The notes under the pieces were generated by a model. It did not search any database, had not been told where the DNA came from, and was given only the letters and a program-made list of their open reading frames with translations. The translations under genes were made by a program, and so were the position numbers. From NCBI GenBank assembly GCA_048882325.1, contig JBHLRS010000006.1, positions 62,079-126,078 on the forward strand: a stretch of DNA of 64,000 nt, written 5' to 3'. The stretch's first letter is position 1. The number at the start of each line of letters is the position of its first letter. Below, piece by piece: positions 57,851 to 64,000 of the stretch. Source of the DNA: Candidatus Thorarchaeota archaeon (lineage in GTDB: Archaea > Asgardarchaeota > Thorarchaeia > Thorarchaeales > Thorarchaeaceae).

Positions 57851-58500
57851 TGATAATGCCTGATGATATTCTTGAATACTGGTCAAGTCTCTCTCGTGAA
57901 CTCGCTGCTAGGTTCAATGCAGAAGAGGTCACAACAAGTTCTGAATGGTGGAGTTGGGATAACTTCGGTGAAGACATTCGAACACTCCGAAATAGGTTCG
58001 GTATTGGAGACAAATATGTTGACATTCTTGGCCTTCGAGTAGATTTTGAAACAGGGGAAACTCAGGATACACTCACAGATACACCATTTCACACAAGTCG
58101 AATCATTCCCCATCTCTACTATCATAGTAAGTCAAGGGATGAGGGAATCTCGGGTGAATGGGTGAAATTCAATTCACTCAGTGGATCGTGGGCTTGCAGA
58201 TATGCCTTTGATGAAGAAGACATTGGAAAACTCACCGAGGTATTTACAGAACACAAAGAGAAACTATTCGCAGCTTTGGAGCGTCTTGATGCGAGGCGTG
58301 TGGATCTCGGTGATGCGGGTTTTGAGATATCATTCTTACCGATGGTGAAGGTTCTACTAGTCTTTGAGGAAGCTGATGAGGAGTTTCCTGCCAGTGTTCG
58401 GTTACTTTACGATAAGAACTCCATTTACTACTTACCACATGAACAACTAGGAGACATCAGTTGGTTTCTAGCAGGTCGAGCCTTAAAGGTACTTACTTAG
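57847..58500 (+). CDS. DUF3786 family protein
   Basis: HLYY, GEWVKF..L.G, LP.V, ADEEFPA...LLYD. Confidence 0.75.
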   Translation: MMIMPDDILEYWSSLSRELAARFNAEEVTTSSEWWSWDNFGEDIRTLRNRFGIGDKYVDILGLRVDFETGETQDTLTDTPFHTSRIIPHLYYHSKSRDEGISGEWVKFNSLSGSWACRYAFDEEDIGKLTEVFTEHKEKLFAALERLDARRVDLGDAGFEISFLPMVKVLLVFEEADEEFPASVRLLYDKNSIYYLPHEQLGDISWFLAGRALKVLT

Positions 58501-58515
58501 AAAACAAACTGGAGA

Positions 58516-58556
58516 GTGCATAGTATCTGGTTAGAGATACTACTGCACCATTTTTT
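58516..58556. terminator. Hairpin between the convergent DUF3786 and mer genes
   Basis: gtgca-tagtatct-ggttag-agatacta-c-tgcac then tttttt. Confidence 0.55.
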
Positions 58557-58565
58557 GCATCTGAA

Positions 58566-59624
58566 CTACTTTTTGAAGTGAGGAATGATTTCCTTACCTA
58601 TCTGCTTGATCGCATCACTCTTCTTCGGGCCTATTGGTGAACCTACAACGAATTGTGTGACACCAACCTTACCGAGCTCCTCGATACGTTTGATACACTG
58701 GTCTTTATTTCCAACCACTGCAAATGCATCTATCATCTCATCTGTGATGGCTCCCGGTAGATCTTTGAAATTACCCTCCCCGAGTAGAGCACGAACCTTG
58801 TTGCACGCATCCATGTCTAAGTCATGACGTTCAAGAACAACATCAGGAGAACCAGCAACTATGAATGCAACAACAATCTTTGCATCTCCTTCAAGAGCTT
58901 CTTCTCTGGTCTTACCAACACTGAATGATGCATATGCTGTGACATCAACTTCTTTGATGTCTCTTCCTGCTTCTTCAACGCCTTCTTTGATCTTCATCAT
59001 AGCAAGGTCAAAGTCCTTTGGATGACTAGCGTTTATGAGGATGCCATCAGCGACTTTAGCAGCATTCTTCAACATCATCGGTCCTTGAGCGCCGGCATAG
59101 ATTGGAATCTTTGGTGCAACCTTCAGTGGTTTGTCACCTTTCATTACCGGTTTTCCATCAGCATCAAGGACTTCCTGCTTCTTGACTATAGCAAGTTTAG
59201 CCCTCTTTACTTTGAAGACCTTCCCATCATGCTTGAACTTGTCTCCAGCTGTCAATGCCCGCATGTATTTGATAGATTCAACAACTGCAGACACCGGTTT
59301 GTCCCACTTGATACCTAGAGATTCAAGAGTGACCTTGTCACCCGCTCCCATCCCAATTACAGCTCGGCCATTACTGAGTTCATTAATTGTCACCGCAGCT
59401 GAAGCTGTGAGTGCAGGACTTATGTGGAATGGGTTTGTGACGCCCGGCCCCATCATGATCTTTTCAGTATTCAGCGCAAGAGCTGTAAGAGTTGCCCAAA
59501 CATTTCGATTGTTATAGTGATCAGTTATCCAGACGTTGTCAAAACCTGCTTCTTCAGCAAGTTTTGTCCATTTGAGTATCTTCTCAATTGGTTTGTCCGG
59601 CACGAATTCAATTCCTATTCGCAT
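58566..59624 (-). CDS. mer: F420-dependent methylene-H4MPT reductase
   Basis: GIEFVP, WITDHYNNRN, GPGVTNP, GAQGP.ML, DGILINAS, QFVVGSPIGP. Confidence 0.93.
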   Translation of the reverse strand: MRIGIEFVPDKPIEKILKWTKLAEEAGFDNVWITDHYNNRNVWATLTALALNTEKIMMGPGVTNPFHISPALTASAAVTINELSNGRAVIGMGAGDKVTLESLGIKWDKPVSAVVESIKYMRALTAGDKFKHDGKVFKVKRAKLAIVKKQEVLDADGKPVMKGDKPLKVAPKIPIYAGAQGPMMLKNAAKVADGILINASHPKDFDLAMMKIKEGVEEAGRDIKEVDVTAYASFSVGKTREEALEGDAKIVVAFIVAGSPDVVLERHDLDMDACNKVRALLGEGNFKDLPGAITDEMIDAFAVVGNKDQCIKRIEELGKVGVTQFVVGSPIGPKKSDAIKQIGKEIIPHFKK

Positions 59625-59858
59625 TTAATAGAACTCCTTCCAAATTCGCGTAGGATACTTGCCCTAGAATAAGTTATCGGACAATGGAAAATAGGGGCGT
59701 GATTACTTCCACTTGATGTTCTTCTATTGTTCTACGAGCAAAATGAACTCATCAACGACAGGTGTGAATACACGGAATTTTATCGTTGCACCTCTCTCTG
59801 TTCTGATATTGGTTTGAAAAGTTATTACTCTAAGCCTTCATCATTTCATACATCCTAC

Positions 59859-60836
59859 TTACCATTGGTGGACTTTAACTTCCCCATCTTCAATTCTCAA
59901 ATAGGAACCCTTACTGTCTAGCCAGCATCCAGCATCCGTGACTTTGGTTTCTTGACTTACATATGGAGTATGCCCATGACCCCTGACTAGGAACTGTTTA
60001 TCCTGAAGTCCAATTGTAAGTGATGCCGCTTTTCTCTGCATCTGATGAATTTCTATCTCCACCGCGGGTGGGAGGAAAGGACTATCAGAATATTGGTCAA
60101 TCTTTTTGAGGAGTTGTCCCCATGCTTCAGCAAACTGAGTGACGCTCAACAATGATTCTGGACTGTTATTTGCCACATCATTCAGTACACTGACTTTTTG
60201 GAGTAACTCCCACTCGTGATACTTTCCTGATTTCTCACTATCTATATTTCCCTCCAAAGGACCCGAGAGTTTTTGTTCCAATGCCATTTGTGTTTCATGT
60301 GGTAGTTGTCTCACCTTCATTCGGATTTCCTCAGGAAGATCTTCTGCAAAACGGTAGATGATGTTCCACACATCTGAAAGATCCTGGTCTTCCAGATCCA
60401 CAAAACACATCGCTTGACTGAAGACCTCATAGAACTTCAGGGCAGACCAATAGTCCACTTGGTGACCATGAACGAATTTCAAGTCTAACCCGTCATAATT
60501 CAGTTCCAGGGATTCTGAAACTTTGTCTAATAATCCAGTTGAATCTGCGGACACGGAAAATATACCCTGTTTCATGAGACTGAAGATCGCATAGTCATGA
60601 TTTCCAACCAAAAAGTTCTTCTCCATGTCTAGTCCTCCAAGAAGCACCATGATATCCAGATTCTGCAACAAGACCTGAGAGTTTGAATTTCTCCATAAAT
60701 CCAGAATATCACCTAGCAGAACGATTCGAGAGATATCATCTTGGTTTGGTTCCAAAAACTCTCTAATGAAGTCAGAAAATCCAGATTTGTTTGCCATCGG
60801 ACTTCCCAAGTGTAAGTCTGCCACTGCAATAATCAT
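59859..60836 (-). CDS. Calcineurin-like metallophosphoesterase
   Basis: DLHLG, GDILDLW, GNHD, HGH, GHGH; start moved from 60875. Confidence 0.85.
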   Translation of the reverse strand: MIIAVADLHLGSPMANKSGFSDFIREFLEPNQDDISRIVLLGDILDLWRNSNSQVLLQNLDIMVLLGGLDMEKNFLVGNHDYAIFSLMKQGIFSVSADSTGLLDKVSESLELNYDGLDLKFVHGHQVDYWSALKFYEVFSQAMCFVDLEDQDLSDVWNIIYRFAEDLPEEIRMKVRQLPHETQMALEQKLSGPLEGNIDSEKSGKYHEWELLQKVSVLNDVANNSPESLLSVTQFAEAWGQLLKKIDQYSDSPFLPPAVEIEIHQMQRKAASLTIGLQDKQFLVRGHGHTPYVSQETKVTDAGCWLDSKGSYLRIEDGEVKVHQW

Positions 60837-60846
60837 GTTTTGTCCC

Positions 60847-61287
60847 TCAGTGACTAAGATCGTGGTTTCCTTCATTTCCCTCTGTAAGAAAGAATGTGAA
60901 CAGTCTGACGTACTCTATTCCCTTGAGTCCTGACACCCTATCAGCCAGTGCTTCTATAGCCGTTCGACTCCCTTTCAAGGTAATCACTTCCAAACAATGA
61001 CTATGAGTTGCGTGGACATGAGTCGTGGATATCACCTGCGCATGTGCATCATGTTGGACCTTCATGAGATTTGACATCAGTCTTGGTTTGTGTTGATAAA
61101 CAATGTTTAGACTAGCGATTGTGTTTTCACTTTCTGTTTCAGAACTCCAATCAAACTGAGAGATATATTCCCTCATGGCGTCACGGATTGCTTCCGACCT
61201 TCCAATGTATCCCTTCTTCACCACTAGTTTATCGAATTTTTCCAACAAATCTTCCGGAATCGATACACCAAACCTTTTGAGTGTCAT
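60847..61287 (-). CDS. nikR: Nickel-responsive regulator NikR
   Basis: RFGVSIP, RSEAIRDA.R, YQH, QH...STTHVH..H.HCLEV; start moved from 61314. Confidence 0.95.
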   Translation of the reverse strand: MTLKRFGVSIPEDLLEKFDKLVVKKGYIGRSEAIRDAMREYISQFDWSSETESENTIASLNIVYQHKPRLMSNLMKVQHDAHAQVISTTHVHATHSHCLEVITLKGSRTAIEALADRVSGLKGIEYVRLFTFFLTEGNEGNHDLSH

Positions 61288-61307
61288 GACACGAACCACC
61301 ACTAATA

Positions 61308-61334
61308 GTAACACGATTTCATTAGAAGTAACAC
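61308..61334. promoter_or_regulatory. Candidate NikR operator GTAACAC-N13-GTAACAC
   Basis: Two identical 7-bp half-sites 13 bp apart in the 88-bp gap between divergent nikR and nikM. Confidence 0.65.
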
Positions 61335-61375
61335 ACTTAAATGAATCTGAAGAACTTAACTATGGAGATCGGAGA

Positions 61376-63130
61376 ATGCACGTTCCTGATGGGATAGTAC
61401 CACTATGGTTGCAAGTCACACTACTTGTGGTCAGTGCTTTGATGATGGTCTATTCCTACCGTAGGATCAAACGCCAATTTGACGAACGACTTGTCCCCTA
61501 TATGGGCGTCTTGGCTGCAGTCATCTTTGCAGCTCAACTTGTTAACTTTCCAATTCCTCCCTTCTCTAGTGGTCATCTAGTTGGTTCTACTCTTCTCGCT
61601 ATCATGCTTGAACCCTGGCCTGCCATGATGATATTGGCTTTAGTTCTATTCGTACAAGCTCTCTACGGTGATGGTGGGATTCTGACCTATGGTCTCAACT
61701 TGTTTAATATGGGGCCATTCTCGGTCCTTCTAGGATATGGTCTTGCACTACTTGTGTTCCGGACAGCAAAACGCATGATCTCAAGGGAAAAAGCAACCAT
61801 TTTTGCAGGAGCAGTTACCTCGTTCATTGTGACTGTTGCAGCAGCTTTTGTCCTTGGACTTCAACTCCTAACAATCTCTGGTTTCGGTCTTGAAGCTTTA
61901 TTGGCAATCACAGGAGTTCATGTCATCATTGGGTTTGGAGAAGCAATTCTGACAACAGTCATTCTGCTTTATTTCGTAAAAGCAAGTCCTCACCTTGTTT
62001 CCTTCTTGCGTGACGAGGAAATCATTGATGACGGAGATGATGTAGAAGCGTCTAATCGTCTTCAGTTGTTAAAGCAGACAGTCCCTGTCGTACTAGCCTC
62101 AATCATCTTAACTGCAATAGTTGTCTTGGTTGGTCTAGCATCAGAGAATCCTGATGGTTTTGAATGGGCACTTTTCGTCTTTGCGGGAGTTGCTGAACCT
62201 GAGCACGGGTTTGAAGGAATCTTTGCATCTTTGGGCGCAGGACAGTTCGTCAGTATATTTCTCGGGTCTCTTGGTATTTTGGTTGTTCTCGGTCTTGGAT
62301 TCTTAGTTTTTCGAAGAACCAAGCATGAGCAGACTCACAAGCACACGGACAAGTTTCTACTTCCGTTCGATGAGGGTAGGAACTCTCGAGGCGTGTTCTC
62401 ATCAACAGGAATGCTTCTTTCTGCTATCGTCCTTGCTGTGATTGTCTCTCTTCAAAACCAGTTATCGGTAGTCTTGACCATTATCGGTGTGATTCTTGTT
62501 GCTGGTTGGTTTTCAGGCACTCGTTGGAGAAGAGTAATTTCTCTGGCCACCAGGTTTGAGATGGTTATCCTCTTCTGGGTCTTCTTTGAACCCTTCATCT
62601 ATGGTAGTACAGTGATTCTTACGATTAGCACTCCATGGGGTCCGCTTCATGCATACTCTGAGGGATTGTATCTAGGTTTGCTACTTGGGTCACGAATGTT
62701 CGCAATACTGCTTACATTCCTAGCCACGCTTTCTCAGATGCATCTATCAGATTTCATAGAGGCACTTCGAACACTAAGGGTTCCATCATCTGTCCTTGGC
62801 TCTTTATTGATCATGTTCCGATATGTTCCTCTCTTTATGGAGGAACGCTCTCGAATGCACGATGCACAACTTTTACGAGGATATAGTCAAGGAAAACGTT
62901 TCGAGAGAATCAAATCAATGGGTTATCTTGTTGGTACAACGATCAATCGTTCGTTTGACAGGAGTGCAACAGTCTACGAGGCAATGAGTCTCAGAGGTTT
63001 TGGCAAGGGGACAATGGTGTCAAGTAGCGGATTCAGACGCTCAGACACCATTCTTCCTTTCATTCTTCTCGCCTTTGTGGTGAGTCTTCCCTTTCTAGTT
63101 TCAATTGTGTTGGAGGTCTTAACACTATGA
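61376..63130 (+). CDS. Fused ECF Ni/Co transporter NikM(CbiM)-NikN(PDGLE)-NikQ(CbiQ)
   Basis: MHVPDG N-terminus, SSGHLVG, QALYGDGG; ASENPDGFE; T-component RYVPLF..AQLLRG and AMSLRGF; start moved from 61175. Confidence 0.88.
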   Translation: MHVPDGIVPLWLQVTLLVVSALMMVYSYRRIKRQFDERLVPYMGVLAAVIFAAQLVNFPIPPFSSGHLVGSTLLAIMLEPWPAMMILALVLFVQALYGDGGILTYGLNLFNMGPFSVLLGYGLALLVFRTAKRMISREKATIFAGAVTSFIVTVAAAFVLGLQLLTISGFGLEALLAITGVHVIIGFGEAILTTVILLYFVKASPHLVSFLRDEEIIDDGDDVEASNRLQLLKQTVPVVLASIILTAIVVLVGLASENPDGFEWALFVFAGVAEPEHGFEGIFASLGAGQFVSIFLGSLGILVVLGLGFLVFRRTKHEQTHKHTDKFLLPFDEGRNSRGVFSSTGMLLSAIVLAVIVSLQNQLSVVLTIIGVILVAGWFSGTRWRRVISLATRFEMVILFWVFFEPFIYGSTVILTISTPWGPLHAYSEGLYLGLLLGSRMFAILLTFLATLSQMHLSDFIEALRTLRVPSSVLGSLLIMFRYVPLFMEERSRMHDAQLLRGYSQGKRFERIKSMGYLVGTTINRSFDRSATVYEAMSLRGFGKGTMVSSSGFRRSDTILPFILLAFVVSLPFLVSIVLEVLTL

Positions 63131-63885
63131 CATGTGCAATAGATATTGATCATGTGTTTTTCAGATATGATGAATTCAGAATGGAGGACATCAAGCTCCA
63201 GCTTCACGTTGGAGAACAGAAAGCCATTGCTGGATTGAATGGTTCTGGAAAAACTACTCTATTCAAGTTATTACTTGGTCTCTTACAACCAGAATCAGGC
63301 GATATCTACATCTTTGACAGAAAACTGACAAAGGACAATCTCTGGGAGATACGACAGGATGTGGGTTTTCTATTCCAGAATCCTGATGACCAGCTCTTTG
63401 CACCAACAGTATGGGAAGATGTTGCTTTCGGTCCTCGAAATCTCGGACTGTCAGATGAGGAGGTGGAGGATAGAGTCGAGTGGGCTTTGGAGCGCGTTGG
63501 CATGTCGAAATTCATTAACAGGCCTGTGAATCAGATGAGTCATGGTCAAGCCAAACGTGTGGCTCTTGCAGGAATCATTGCCATGAGACCTAGCATCCTA
63601 ATTCTGGATGAGCCTTTCTCTGGTCTCGACTTCAAAATGGTCAATGGAATGGTTGACACTATCCAACGGTTGAGAGAGGATGGTGCTAGTATACTCTTTA
63701 CTACACACAACAGCTTCTTCATAGAGAATTGGTCAGACTCTGTTGCTGTGCTAAAGAATGGTCGGATTGTACACGATGGACCCACACGTGAAGCGATGAG
63801 AAGTAAGGCTGTAACTGAGAACATTGGTGACTGGAGTCAATTGAGAGAGCAGATGGTGTCCAGTCGTAGTTCCTTCTTGGAATGA
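63127..63885 (+). CDS. cbiO: ECF transporter ATPase CbiO/NikO
   Basis: GLNGSGKT, FQNPDDQLFAPTV, SHGQAKRVA, LDEP. Confidence 0.92.
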   Translation: MTCAIDIDHVFFRYDEFRMEDIKLQLHVGEQKAIAGLNGSGKTTLFKLLLGLLQPESGDIYIFDRKLTKDNLWEIRQDVGFLFQNPDDQLFAPTVWEDVAFGPRNLGLSDEEVEDRVEWALERVGMSKFINRPVNQMSHGQAKRVALAGIIAMRPSILILDEPFSGLDFKMVNGMVDTIQRLREDGASILFTTHNSFFIENWSDSVAVLKNGRIVHDGPTREAMRSKAVTENIGDWSQLREQMVSSRSSFLE

Positions 63886-63930
63886 GTTCGATATGGTTAA
63901 AAGGCACTTCCTAAGAATCCCATTTTGAAT

Positions 63931-64000
63931 GCGGAGGTTGCCAAGCCAGGTTAAAGGCGCAGGGCTCAGATCCCTGTCTCGTAGGAGTACATGTGCGGAT
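63931..64000 (+). tRNA. tRNA-Leu(CAG), incomplete at window end
   Basis: GCGGAGG acceptor strand, TTGCCAAGCCAGGTTAAAGGCG D arm, CAGGG-CTCAGAT-CCCTG anticodon arm, CTC-GTAG-GAG variable arm; no T arm visible. Confidence 0.8.

Noticed and set aside
8871-59517. Long antisense ORFs (e.g. 8871-9491, 42667-43221, 50249-50758, 54904-55542)
   Set aside because: They lie opposite well-supported genes and have Ser-rich shadow composition.
42177-59624. Methanogenesis
   Set aside because: No mcr or mtr in the window; cdh, mer, fwd and hdr are expected in non-methanogenic Wood-Ljungdahl archaea.
1-64000. CRISPR arrays, rRNA genes, IS elements
   Set aside because: No regularly spaced repeats, rRNA-like tracts or transposase motifs were seen.

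Overview
Archaeal chromosomal segment, most consistent with an Asgard archaeon (Thorarchaeia-like); this is inferred from gene content, not from a database search. Left to right: (1) 1-7.2 kb: a giant secreted protein with tandem DUF2341+LamG modules that runs off the window and is absent from the ORF track, an LRR protein, and two tandem Rab/Ras-fold proteins whose P-loop and G3 motifs are degenerate. (2) 10.8-16.3 kb: an ESCRT locus with Vps4, Vps25, one ESCRT-III subunit, a Vps22/36 (EAP30) protein carrying a Vps28-N-like N-terminus, and a Zn-finger/coiled-coil/GRAM(GLUE)-like protein ending in a Vps23/Vps37-like steadiness box. This looks like a domain-shuffled ESCRT-I/II and is the best candidate for an undescribed system. 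(3) 8-42 kb, interspersed: housekeeping and accessory genes (aspS, tldD/pmbA, argS, tfb, longin-like, Trm11-like, nfo, DGGGP synthase, Yip1, hypB, tRNA-His, a pseudogene remnant). (4) 42-60 kb: an archaeal Wood-Ljungdahl cluster (cdhABCDE, two cooC, mer, hdrA-mvhD fusion, fwdF, fwdG, and apparently cofactor-less fwdB/fwdD paralogues). (5) 60.8-63.9 kb: nikR divergent from a single-polypeptide NikM-N-Q fusion plus NikO, with a 7-13-7 candidate operator; a tRNA-Leu(CAG) is cut by the window end. No CRISPR array, rRNA or recognisable mobile element was seen. All family calls come from motif recognition by eye; several starts were moved downstream of the ORF-track start where noted.
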